From: Malacoraja senta
Lineage: Eukaryota
Direction: 5' to 3'
Assembly: GCA_038087875.1 (NCBI GenBank)
Contig: JAXLNO010000050.1
Span: 1 to 64,000 of the forward strand
Length of the DNA: 64,000 bases
Position 1 is the first letter of the stretch. Every line of letters begins with the position of its first letter. Below the pieces are notes generated by a model, which was given only the letters and a program-made list of their open reading frames with translations, had not been told where the DNA came from and ran no database searches. Made by a program: the position numbers and the translations under genes. Below are positions 36,077 to 48,244 of this stretch, piece by piece.

Positions 36077-39000
36077 CTGGAAAACAAAACAGTAAGGATG
36101 GGAATTTAGATATTTCCAATCCAACTTTTCAGTTCTATCATCAATCCAGGCTGCTCCCATCCTCTATATAGGATGAGTGGTGATCTTATAGACGTGTATA
36201 AAATCATGAGATTAGTTGCTGCCTCACAGATCCAGAGACCAGGGTTCGATCCTGACCTCAGGAGCTGTCCTTGCGGAGTTTGCACATTCGCCCTGTGAAC
36301 ACGTGGGTTTCCTCCGGTTTCAAGAGTCAGTAATGTTTTATTGTCATATCCCATTTCCTCTCACATCCCAAAGATGTGCAGGTTTATTGGTTATTTAGCT
36401 TCTGTAAATTGTCCTTAGTGTGTAGCATAGAACTAATGAATGGGGTGATCGCTGGTCGGCACAGACTCAGTGGGCCGAAGGGACTGTTTCTCTAACGTAA
36501 ACTAAATTACATATTGATGTGATGCACTTGCAACATGCAAAGCTTCACTTGTACTGTATTGTTTCTGCATAACACAACGACTGCTTAAAAAGCAGCCAAG
36601 TCTTATTTGAGTGTCTTTACAGATACAGTGCGGAAACAGGTTCTTCAGCCCACCGAGTCCACACCGACCAGCCATCCCCACACACTATCCTACACACCAG
36701 GGACAATTTACCACTTGCAGCAACTCTACTGCTGCGCCACAAAGTGCTGGAATAGGTCAGCTCACTCCATAGATCTCAGCTTCACTTTATCCTTCCTCAG
36801 GATCCTCACACTCAATCAAAGCTCCTCCACTTACCTTACCTCCACTAAGGATCACAAACCTGCCTTTCTCCAGACCAGGCCCCCCAGCAACTGCGGAGTT
36901 ACTCCAGCACTTTATCTTTTTATGTAAACGAGCATCTGCAGTTCCTTGCGTCCACCCCTCATTAGAACGCGTTAGACGGACGTGCGCAGCACAAAATGTT
37001 TTACGAGGAAAAGGTTCTAACTTTTTGTAAACAAAATGTTTTACCAGAAAGCCGCCTGGATTCGAGGGCATCAGCTACAGGGAGAGGTTGGATAGACCTG
37101 CATTGTTTTTTCTGCAATATCGGAGGTTGAGAGGAGACCAGTTAGAAGTATATAAAATTATGAGAGGCACAGTTAGGGTAGACACTCAGAATCTTTTTAC
37201 GCCAGGCTGGAAATGTCCAAGACTAGAGGGTATCGCTATAAGGAGAGTGGGGGGAAAGTTTAATGGGGATCCACGGGGCAGTGGTGGGGGCCTGGTATGC
37301 CTGAACTGGGGAGGTGGTGGAGGCAGATATGACAGGAGTGTTTAAGAAGCTTTTAGGTGGGCATGTGGAAGTAGAGGGGAGAGAGGGATATGGATCATGT
37401 ACAGGCAGATGAGAGTTTAGCCTGGCGTCATGTTCGGCACAAACATTGTGGGCCGAAGGGCCCGTTCCTGTGCTGTACTGTCCTACGTTCTAAGCATCCT
37501 ATCACCAACCAGCGAGCAGTCCCCACCTACCATCTACCGCATTGGCAGATGTTTTCTGCCGCTCTCACCTCCGGCCACAAACTCTTTGAATCACTTCCTT
37601 CTGGGAGGCGACTGCGAACTATCAAAGCTGCCACAGTCAGACATAAAAGCAGCTTCTTCCCATGAGCAGTAGCTCTATTCAATAGCTAAAAGACTGTAGC
37701 CTCTTTTTACTCCAGTACTTTATTTTCACATGTTTAAATTATAATGTTTTATTTTTAATTGTCTACTGAATATCTTGTTGTTACCTGCAAGCCAAGCACC
37801 AATGTAAATTCCTTGTTTGTGGACATACTTGGCTGATAACAATTGTATTCATTCATTATTATTCATTGAAGACAATAGAGAATAGGTGCAGGAGTAGGCC
37901 ATTCGGCCCCTCGAGCCAGCACCGTGATCATGGCTGATCATCCACAATCAATACCCCTGTTCCTGCCTTCTCCCCATATCCCTTGACTCCGCTATTTTTA
38001 AGCGCTCTGTCCAGCTCTCTCTTGAAAGCATCCAGAGAACCGGCCTCGACCACCATCTGATGCAGAGAATTTCACAGACTCTCAACTCTCTGTGTGAAAA
38101 AGTTTTTCCTCATCTCCGTCCTAAATGAATTACCCCTTATTCTTAAACTATCCCTCAGACTATCTTAAATCAGACTTTACCTTGCACTAAACATTATTCC
38201 CTTAATCCTATATCTGTACACTGTGGATGGGTTGATTGTAATCCTGTATTGACCTTCTGCTAACTGGATAGCACACAACAAAAAAGCTTTACACTGTACC
38301 TCGGTACACGTGACAATAATAAACTGAACTATACTCTCAGCAGGTCAGGCAGCATTTCTGGAGGATGTGGATAGGTGTTGTCTTGGACATTTGCAGCCTG
38401 GGGGAGAAAGATTCTGACAGTCTGCCCTATCTGGACCACTCATCATTTTATATACATCTGCCAAGTCTCCTCTCATCATCTGACATGGTACAGAAAACAA
38501 TCCGTCTATCCGACCATCTCCCTGTAGCTGAAGACGTCTAATCCAGGCAGTATTCTGGGAAAACATTTTGTTTTCACAAAGTTAGAACAGTCACGTCGTA
38601 AAACATTTTGTGCTTGAAACGTTAGGCTGGGACACTTGCACCCCGCTGAGTTACTCCAGCACTTTGCGTCTTTTTAAAAAAGTACGCAGGCATCTACAGT
38701 TCCTCATGGCTATGTTTTCATTTTTTTAGTTTTAATCCCCGCACATTACACTGCCCCACATACACTAGAGACAATTTACATTTATACCAAGCCAATTAAC
38801 CTACAAACCTGTATGTCTTTGGAATGTGGTAGAAAACCCACGCAAGTCACGGGGAGAACGTACAAACTCTGTACAGTCAGTACCCATTGTTGGGATCGAA
38901 CCCAGGTCTGTGGCGCTGCAAGTGCAGTAAGGCACATAGAAACATAGAGAATAGGTGCAGGAGTAGGCCAACTCAGAATCCTGTACCTACCTCCTCTCCA

Positions 39001-42000
39001 TACCCCCTGATCCCTTTAGCCACAAGGGCCACATTTAACTCCCTCTTAAATATAGCCAATGAACTGGCCTCAACTACATTCTGTGGCAGAGAATTCCAGA
39101 GATTCACCACTCTCTGTGTGAAAAATGTTTTTCTCATTTCGGTCCTAAAAGATTTCCCCTTTATCCTTAAACTGTGACCCCTTGTTCTCGACTTCCCCAA
39201 CATCGGGAACAATCTTCCTGCATCTAGCCTGTCCAACCCGTTAAGAATTTTGTACGTTTCTATAAGATCCCCCCTCAATCTTATACATTCTCTGTACTCC
39301 CTCTATGGCAAGAATGTCCTTCCTCAGAATAGGAGACCAAAACTGTACGCAATACTCCAGGTGTGGTCTCACCAAGACCCTGCACAACTGCAGTAGAACC
39401 TCCCTGCTCCTATAATCAAATCCTTTTACTATGAATGCTAACATATCATTCGCTTTCTTCACTGCCTGCTGCACCTGCATGCCTACTTTCAAGGACTGGT
39501 GTACCATGACACCCAGGTCTCGTTGCATCTCCCTTTTTCTAATCGGCCACCATTCAGTTAATAGTCTACTTTCCTGTTTTGCCACCAAAGTGGTTAACTT
39601 CACATTAATCCACATTATACTGCATCTGCCATGCATTTGCCCACTCACCCAGCCTATCCAAGTCACCTTGCAGCCTCCTAGCATCCCCTCACAGATAACA
39701 CTGCCCCCCAGCTTTGTGTCATCCGCAAACTTGGAGATGTTGCATTCAATTCCCTCGTCCAAATCATTAATATATATTGTAAATAGCTGGGGTCCCAGCA
39801 CTGAGCCTTGCGGTACCCCACTAGTCACTGCCTGCCATTCTGAAAAGGACCCGTTTACTCCTACTCTTTGCTTCCTGTCTGCCAGCCAGTTCTCTATCCA
39901 CATCAATACTGAACCCCCAATACCATGTGCGTTAAGTTTGTATAGTAATCTCTTATGTCGGACCTTGTCGAAAGTCTTCTGAAAGTCCAGATATAACACA
40001 TCCTCTGGTTCTCCCTTATCCACTCTACTAGTTACATCCTCGACAAATTCTATAAGATTCGTCAGACATGATTTACCTTTCATAAATCCATGCTGACTTT
40101 GTCCAATGATTTCACTACTTTTCAATTGTGCTGCTATCCCATCTTTAATAACTGACTCCAGCAGTTTCCCCACTACTGATGTTAGACTAACTGGTCCGTA
40201 ATTCCCCATTTTCTCTCTCCCTGCCTTTTTAAAAAGTGGGGTTACATTAGTTACCCACCAATCCTCAGGAACTACTCCAGAATCTAAAGAGTTTTGAAAA
40301 ATTATCACTAATGCATCCACTATTTCTGGGGCTACTTCCTTAAGTACTCTGGGATGCAGCCTGTCTGGCCCTGGGGATTTATCGGCCTTTAATCCATTCA
40401 ATTTATCTAACACCACTTCCCGGCTAACCTGGATTTCACTCAGTTCCATCTCATTTGACCCCCGTTCCCCTGCTATTTCCGGCAGATTATTTAAGTCTTC
40501 CTAAGTGAAGACAGAACCAAAGTAGTTATTCAATTGGTCTGCCATGTCCTTGTTCCCCATGATCAATTCACCTGTTTCTGACTGCAAGGGACCTACATTT
40601 GTTTTAACTAATCGTTTTCTCTTCACATATCTATACAAACTTTTACAGTCAGTTTTTATGTTCCCTGCCAGTTTTCTTTCTTAATCTATTTTCCCTTTCC
40701 TAATTAAGACCTTTGTCCTCCTCTGCTGGACTCTGAATTTCTCCCAGTCCCCTAGTAGGCTGCTTTTTCTGGCTAATTTGTATGCTTCATCTTTTGTTTT
40801 GTTACTATCCCTGATTTCCCTTGTTATCCACGGATGCACTACCTTCCCTGATTTATTCTTTTCCCAAACTGGGATTTACAAAATTGTTGTAGTTCATCCA
40901 TGCAGTCTTTAAATGCCTTCCATTGCATATCCACCGTCAACCCTTTAAGAATCAATTGCCAGTGTATCTTGGCCAATTCACGTCTCATACCCTCAAAGTT
41001 ACCTTTCTTTAAGTTCAGAACCCTTGTTTCTGAATTAATTATGTCACTCTCCATCCTAATGAAGAACTCAACCATATTATGGTCACTCTTGCCCAAGGGG
41101 CCAGGCACAACAAGACTGCTAACTAACCCTTCCTCATTATTCAATACCCAGTCTAGAATAGCCTGCTCTCTCGTTGGTTCCTCTACATGTTGGTTTAGAA
41201 AGCTATCCCGCATACATTCCAAGAAATCCTCTCCCTCAGCACCCCTGCCAATATGATTCACCCAATCTATATGTAGATTGAAGTCACCCATTATAACTGT
41301 TTTACCTTTGTTGCACGCATTTCTAATTTCCTGTTTGATGCCATCCCCAACTCCACTATTACTGTTAGGTGGCCTGTTCACAACTCCCACTAGCGTTTTC
41401 TGCCCCTTAGTGTTTCGCAGCTCTACCCATATTGATTTTACTTCGGAGTCACGTGAGTGACTACGTGAAGAACCCCGCCATTGGGCCTGCGCATCATTAC
41501 GTCAGACGCCTTGACGCAAACGGACGTGAGGAGCAGAGCTCCTCCAGTGGTTTGTAGTTTTTCAACTACAAGCTAAGTAGAAACTTTTTTCATGTTTTCC
41601 AGGTCCGTTTACGGTGGGTCTATGGGGATTTTTTTCCACAGACGCCATGGGAAAAAACGGACAGGGGGGAGAGGCGAGCGACATAGCCGACAGAAAGTCG
41701 GGAAAGTCGGGAGTCTGCGGTTAGCGACCAACCGCCTCTAAACCCCGGTACAGTCACCAGCGGTGAGCATAGCGACTGTGGACCTGGGGCTGGTGAAAAC
41801 AGTCAGCGCCTGTCGGGCAAAAGATGAAGTTTAAATCCGAACGGCCCACGGAGGGAGTCCCAGGCAATGGAAGTAGCTCCAGGGCTAGATACTCCTTTTA
41901 CATAGGCTCTTGGAGCAAAGTTCACTCAGGAAGGAGTGTACTGAAATCCAAGCTGCTGGAAGCAGCTCAACAGCACCTGGCACAGGGCTGATGGAATGCA

Positions 42001-44219
42001 CCCTCAGGGATGAGGAGCGTGCTACGGGTCATGAGATTTCAGACCCCGACTCTGACGGTGAGGCTGTACAAGGCGATGAACGGCAGCTGCCAGATGTTCC
42101 ACCCCTGGCAGTAGGATTCGCTGCCCCGTCAGGGTCAGGAGAGCCATTAGGAGAAGAACTGGCCTCCTTAATAAATTACTTGGTTTACCATCAGCTGGAA
42201 CAGCAGGAGATGGATGAGACCGCAAGAAAGCAGGAGACCCCAAGTAACTGTGGGTTGCTGAAAGCAGCAGCAGTGAACCAAATTATCTGGAATCAGTTGC
42301 AGAGAATATTAAAGCTGATGGGTTCTGGAATAACTGCTTTTACCAGAATAGCATATAACAGCCAAGAGATGACGAAGTTGCATCGGGAAGCACTGGGGTT
42401 GCTATGCAGCACCCACTTCGAGATCAATTATCTGAGGACGGTGCTATACGGCCTACTATGAATCCGAAATTCGCAGCACTCTGCAAACCAAGTAATATAC
42501 AAATACCCAACTTACTCTTTGGAGAGGATCTCGGGAGACGTATTAAAGAGTTGGAAGATGAAGCGAAAACAGGATTGATAAAAACATCAATGGTTGCAAA
42601 GTCTGTAAAGAAGAAGTATCCTTTCAGACGTCATACGGATCCTAGACCAGGACCAAGTCGCTCATCAACGCAGGGACGTAGCTGGCGGCCTGCAGCGGGA
42701 GTAAGAACCAGTGGTGGTGCTTCCGGGAGAATCCAGGGATCTCAGAATAATCAAATGACTCAAGAGGTAGGTGGACCTGGTTCTCATGGGAACATACTAA
42801 CTGGATTAAGTCCAAAAGTTGGAGGCAGATTACGTCTCTTCTATAAACATTGGAAGAAGATTACTTCAGATGTGGTAATTCTGAATAATATACAAGGATT
42901 TCGAATTGAATTCAATCCAAATTATGATTTGCCTGTCCAGCATGTTCCTAGCAGAACTCTCCACTTTGCGAAGTAATGGAGGTTCAAGCTGCGCTTCAAA
43001 ACCCTATATATAAAAGGTGTTATTGAAGAATCAGTCTACCAAATTCACCAATTTGGGTCAAATATATTCCCTCGATCAAAAAAGGATGGAGGATGGAGAT
43101 TATTCTAGACTTGACAAGTCTGAATCCTTTTGTTTAATTTAAACATTTTAAAAGGGAGACATTTGTGACTGCCAAACAACTTATTTCAGAAGCATGTCAT
43201 ATGGGAACTATAGATTTACATGGATGAACTAGTTATGGCAGTTCAAAGCTTTGCCTAAAGGGTTAACGTCCGCTCCCAGAATATTCACAAAATTGTTAAA
43301 ACCAATTCTGGGGTTGGTGAGAAGCCAGGGACATGTACTAATGGCATACTTGGATGATGTCCTGATTATAGGAAGGACAAAACAGTCAACAGAAGCATCT
43401 GTTGCAGTTGTGAAATCAACTTTTGAAAGTTTGGGGTTTCTAATTCATCCAAAGAAATCAAGGTTAACACCATGTACCTCGATTGATTATTTGGGATTCA
43501 CAATTGATTCAGTCCAAATGAAAATTACTTCGCCCAGTGAAAAAAGGGCGGAGTTGATTAAAGATTGCAGTAATCTGTTAAACGAGCAAAAACCCTCATT
43601 CAGACAGGTGGCTCGAATACTGGGGAAAATTAGCAGCAGAGTTCCCAGCAGTCCAATACGGACCATTACATTATCAACAGCTGCAGAGAATTAAAGAACA
43701 GGCACTGAGAATGCATGCTGGTCATTTTGATAGAACCATACAACTTACAACAAATGCTGTTTCTGATCTGCAGTGGTGGATTCTACATGTCTCAAGCAGT
43801 TCCAGCAAAGTGCTGATTGAACAACCTTCCATGATATTACAAACTGATGCCAGTGCACTAGGATGGGGTGCAACTGACTTAGCATCTAGCTGCGAAGGCA
43901 GATGGAATCAGGAAGAGTCATTGTTACTGCAGGCATGGGGAGTTAACTATTTGGAGTTTTAGGATGTTTCTATGGACTCCAAGCTTATTGTTCTAACACA
44001 ACTAAAAGGCATGTTCAAGTTCAAATTGATAAAAACAACAGCAGTTGCCTATATTAATGATATGGGTGGAATCAAGTCGGGGTCATGTGACAAAATGGCT
44101 AATCAAATTTGGTCTGGGTGTATTGAAAAGAACATTTGGATTTCAGCTATCTATCTACCAGGTATAATGAACACGATAGCAGACACCAGGTCACGAAAGT
44201 TCCATGATAATAAGAATGG

Positions 44220-44552
44220 ATGTTGAATCGAGAGGTATTCAATGATATAGTAATCAGATTTGGAATGCCCGACATCGACTTGTTTGCATCTAGACTGAAT
44301 CATCAGCTATCGAGATATGTCTCATGGGAATCAGATCCAGGAGCAGTGGCGATTGATGCTTTCTCGCTACATTGTGGTGGTATGTTTTCATATATATTTC
44401 CACTTTTCTGCCTCATAAGCCAATGTTTGCTTAAAATCAGGCAAGATGCTGCTTCAGGGGTATTGGTAGTACCAGATTGGCCTACACAGCCATGGTATCT
44501 GTTGATATTAGAATTAACAACACAAATGTTGATGAGTCCCAAAAAGGGGTAA
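44220..44552 (+). pseudogene. DIRS adenine-methyltransferase-like domain
   Basis: PDIDLFASRLN..DAFSL..YIFPLF..LVVPDWPTQPWY; position after RNase H is as known for DIRS1 elements. Confidence 0.75.
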
Positions 44553-44619
44553 TTTATTGCTGCACCGTGTAACAGGGGAACAACATCCATTATATGATCG
44601 TTTGGATTTGTTGATTTGC

Positions 44620-45592
44620 AGGTTTTAAGAAGGCCTTTTCTGGGGCGAGGACTGTCTGAGCGTACTGTGGACATGCTTACGGCAGCCTGGAGGAAGAGCA
44701 CTCAAAAACAGTACCTTTCTTATATTAAGAAATGGGAAGAGTTCTGTGTACAAAAGAATGTGCAATATAGTACTGCAGATATTTCAAATGTTTAGAATTT
44801 CTGTCAAAACTTTATTATGATGAAGGTCTGAGTTGTAGTGCAATTAATTCAGCCAGAAGTGCATTGTCCTCATATTTGGTTCTGGATTCAGAAAGAAACC
44901 CAATTGGGTCACACCCAATTGTTTCCAGACCAATGAAAGGAATCTTTAATTCCAAACCACCGAAACCTAGGTACATGACAATCTGGGATGTAAGTGTGGT
45001 ACTGAAACTACTTTGTGAATGGTCACCAAGTGTGTCTTTACCTTTGGCCAAGCTCAGTATGAAAGTATTCATGCTTATGGCATGAGTGACAGCACAACGA
45101 GTGCAAACACTTGGAAAATTACAAATAGACAGTATGGAAGTAACTGAAGACAAGGTTACATTCTATATCTATGACCTACTAAAGCAAATTAGGCCAGGTG
45201 TGACAGGATTTAAAATTATGCTAGCAGCATATCCAAATGATCCTTGTCTCTGTGTTAAGACATATTTGTTACAATACATTGGAGTCACAAAGAATTTGAG
45301 AAATACGGAAACTGGGTTGTTGATCACACACAAGAAAGCACAATACAGTTTCAATACAGACTATTTCCAGATGGATAAAAGAAGTCTTAACTGCTGCTGG
45401 TATTAACACTTATGTTTTTACGTCTCACTCGTCTAGGGCAGCAGAAACGTCGGCGGCCAGGGCAAAAGACGTCCCCGTCGACCATATCCTCGCAGCCGCC
45501 GGGTGGTCCAATGAGTTGATGTTTCAACATTTTTACCATCGGCCTATTGTTAATGCGGGATTGTTTGCAGAAACTATTTTAAGTTCTGAGTA
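44620..45592 (+). pseudogene. DIRS tyrosine recombinase, disrupted
   Basis: AWRKSTQKQY..ARSALS..IWDV..TAQRVQTL..HSSRAA..ILAAAGWS..FQHFY; catalytic R, HxxR, W and Y positions present; stops and frameshifts. Confidence 0.85.
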
Positions 45593-46781
45593 AATTCCTC
45601 TGGTTTAAAGGGGATCTGATTAATTTCATTATTGAAATGAATTACTGCATTTGTGGTACAAATGTTATTATGAATGCATGATCGATTATTTCTCGTTCCG
45701 AGTCAATCAGTGCAGTGAGAAGCCGGGATTGATCCACGGCATAAAATCACAAAGCTTTAAAATCTTCACGTAGTCACTCACGTGACTCCGAAGTAAAATA
45801 GTAAGATTAAACGAGAACTTACCTAAGTTTGAAGTTTGATCATTATTTTATGAGGAGTTACGTAGGTGATTACGTGCCCGCCACGACCCTACCCTCTATC
45901 ATAAAGGTCAGATGGAAGTTGTTGTATCACTCGTTTTATTATGAGACTATATTACTTCGGTTGTTGTTTTTTGTGATTTCACACCGCTGCTTTGAAGATT
46001 GACGCGCAGGCGCACTGGCGGGGTTCTTCACGTAATCACCTACGTAACTCCTCATAAAATAAAGATCAAACTTCAAACTTAGGTAAGTTCTCGTTTAATC
46101 TTACTATTACACATCCTCCAAGCTAATGTCCTTCCTTTCTATTGCGTTAATCTCCTCTCTAACCAGCAACGCTACCCCACCTCCTTTTCCTTTCTGTCTA
46201 TCCCTCCTGAATATTCAATATCCCTGGATGTTCAGCTCCCAGCCTTGGTCACCCTGGAGCCATGTCTCCGTGATCCCAACTATATCATAGTCATTAATAG
46301 CTATCTGCACATTCAACTCATCCACCTTATTACGAATGCTCCTTGCATTGAGACACAAAGCCTTCAGGCTTGTTTTTACAACGCTCTTACCCCTTATACA
46401 ATTATGTTGAAAAGTGGCCCTTTTTGATTTTTGCCCTGGATTTGTCTGGCTGCCATGTTTACTTTTCACCTTGCTACCTATTGCTTCTACCCCCATTTTA
46501 CATCCCTATGTCTGTCTGCTCACACATTTAAGAAACCCACCACCTCTTATTTTCTGTTTATTATATTTTTCTTCTTTCCCCCTACATGTTGGGTCTGATT
46601 GCTTATCTTCTCTGCCTCCTGCCTCACACACTTACTAGCTTTCTCTATTTGAGTCCCTCCCCCCAACCGTTCTAGTTTAAAGTCTCTGCAAATCATTGCA
46701 AATCTCCCCGCCAGGATATTGGTACCACCGATGCTACTGCTGCGCCACCATGCTGTGCATGAGGCAGAGGGTCTCCATTAC

Positions 46782-47770
46782 CTTTCTTTGCAGCTCCTCA
46801 GGTGAATCGTCAGTTGTGGCGTCAACCACGTCTGCAGCGGTGTCATCAGCGGTGTGAGCGGCCCTATCGGCGATGTGAGCGGCCATATTGGCGGTGTGAG
46901 CGGCGGTGTGAGCGGCCATAAGGGCGGTGTGAGCGGCCATAAGGGCGGTGTGAGCGGCCATATCGGCGGTGTCATCGGCAGTGTGAGCGACCATATCGGC
47001 GGTGTGAACGGCCATATCGGCGGTGTGAACGGCCATATCGGCGGTGTGAGCGGCCATATCGGCGGTGTGAGCGGCGGTGTCATCGGCGGCATGATCGGCG
47101 GTGTGAGCGGCCATATCGGCGGTGTGAGCGGCCATATCGGCGGTGTGAGCGGCCATATCGGCGGTGTGAGCGGCTATATCGGTGGTGTCATCGGCGGTGT
47201 GAGCAGCCATATCGGCGGTGTGAGCAGCCATATCGGCGGTGTGAGCGGCCATATCGGCGGTGTGAGCAGCCATATCGGCGGTGTGATCGGCGGTGTCATC
47301 GGCGGTGTGAGCGGCCATATCGGCGGTGTGAGCGGCGGTGTGAGCGGCCATATCGGCGGCGGTTTCTGTGGCCATGTCGGTATCCGTGTCTGTGGCTCTG
47401 TTGGTGGTGATGTTGTCTGTGATGATGTTGTCTGCGGCGATGGTGTCTGTGGTGATGTTGGCGATGGCTATGTGGTCGGTGGCGATGTGGTCGGTGGCGA
47501 TGTGGTCGGTGGCGATGTGGTCGGTGGCGATGTGGTCGGCGGCGATGTGGTCGACGGCGATGTTGACGATGGAGATGTTGTTGGTGGCGATGTTGTCGGT
47601 GGCGATGTTGTGGGTGGCGATGTTGCCGGTGGCGATGTTGTCGGCGGCGATGTTGTCAGCGGCGAAGTTGTCGATGGCGATGTTGTCGACAGCGATGTTG
47701 TCGGTGGAGATTTTGTCGGTGGCGATGGTGTCTGCGGCTGCGGCTGCGTTGGTCGTGTTGGTGGCCGTGT
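46782..47770 (-). CDS. Candidate repeat-coding exon of the RA-domain gene (Ile-Ala-Thr-Asp-Asn/His pentads and TADMAAH heptads)
   Basis: Open frame across 46734-47798; acceptor ctcttttcag|AC (alternative cttgcag 11 nt upstream); donor AAG|gtaatg, phase 0, matching the exon at 36076. Repeat units are 15, 21, 12 and 6 nt, all multiples of 3. Confidence 0.55.
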
Positions 47771-47839
47771 CTGAAAAGAGCCTGCAAGTAGGGAGCACAA
47801 TCCATCAGCACACCCATCCGGAGAAGCCGTGCCTTTCCG

Positions 47840-47983
47840 GATGGGTCACGGAGAGAACATGCAAACTCCACACACACACAGCCGAAGGAGAAGGCACGGT
47901 CACAGGGAGAACGTGCAAACTCCACACACACACACACACAGCCGAAGGAGAAGGCACACGGTCACAGGGAGAACGTGTGAACT

Positions 47984-48019
<36 letters not shown>

Positions 48020-48020
48020 C
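47840..48020. repeat. Three tandem SINE-fragment units with growing (CA)n
   Basis: ggtcac.ggagaacgtgcaaactccacacacac..agccgaaggagaaggcac repeated three times (last copy partial). Confidence 0.85.
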
Positions 48021-48244
48021 ACTCGAGTTCAGCATCAAACTCATTCCCAGCCTCGGCAAGGCCATCAGCATAATCAAGGACAAGTCACATACTGGCCACT
48101 CCCTCTTTTCCCCTCTCCCATCAGGCAACAGGTATAGAAATGTGAAAATGCACAGATTCAGGGAGTTTCTTCCCAGCAGTTGTCAGGCAACTGAACTATC
48201 CTACCCCAACCAGAGAGCAGTGCTGAACTACTATCTACCTCATT

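Larger units (their letters stand above)
41435..46108 (+). mobile_element. DIRS1-like tyrosine-recombinase retrotransposon, structurally complete, ORFs decayed
   Basis: Left end 41435-41471 is complementary to ICR part 45763-45799; ICR part 45800-45876 is complementary to the right end 46029-46106; ITR arms are inverted. Gag ~41650-42700, RT (YLDDVLI), RNase H (LQTDASALGWG), MT-like and YR domains; ATT at both junctions. Confidence 0.95.
38935..46725 (-). mobile_element. Near-complete CR1 ORF2 (EN+RT) with the end of ORF1, split by a DIRS insertion
   Basis: ORF1 end GTNILAGRF at ~46725; LCLNARSIRNKVDEL..GITETWL (46215-46496); GVVNRPPNS..MGDFN..SDHN (40839-41390); RT 39241-40449; 3' tail at ~38935. 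Confidence 0.93.

Noticed and set aside
46854..47774. Plus-strand Gly-rich ORF (GGVSGHI / GGDVV) and 47368-48249 (VAMWS)
   Set aside because: Antisense shadows of the in-frame repeat. I saw no matching plus-strand splice context, while the minus strand has an acceptor and donor in phase with the RA gene. Not fully excluded without stranded RNA data.
47468..47800. Mucin-like TTSPP frame on the minus strand
   Set aside because: It stops at 47468 in mid-array, where the change is synonymous in the IATDH frame. It would be used only if the upstream AG at 47783-47782 follows a phase-1 exon.
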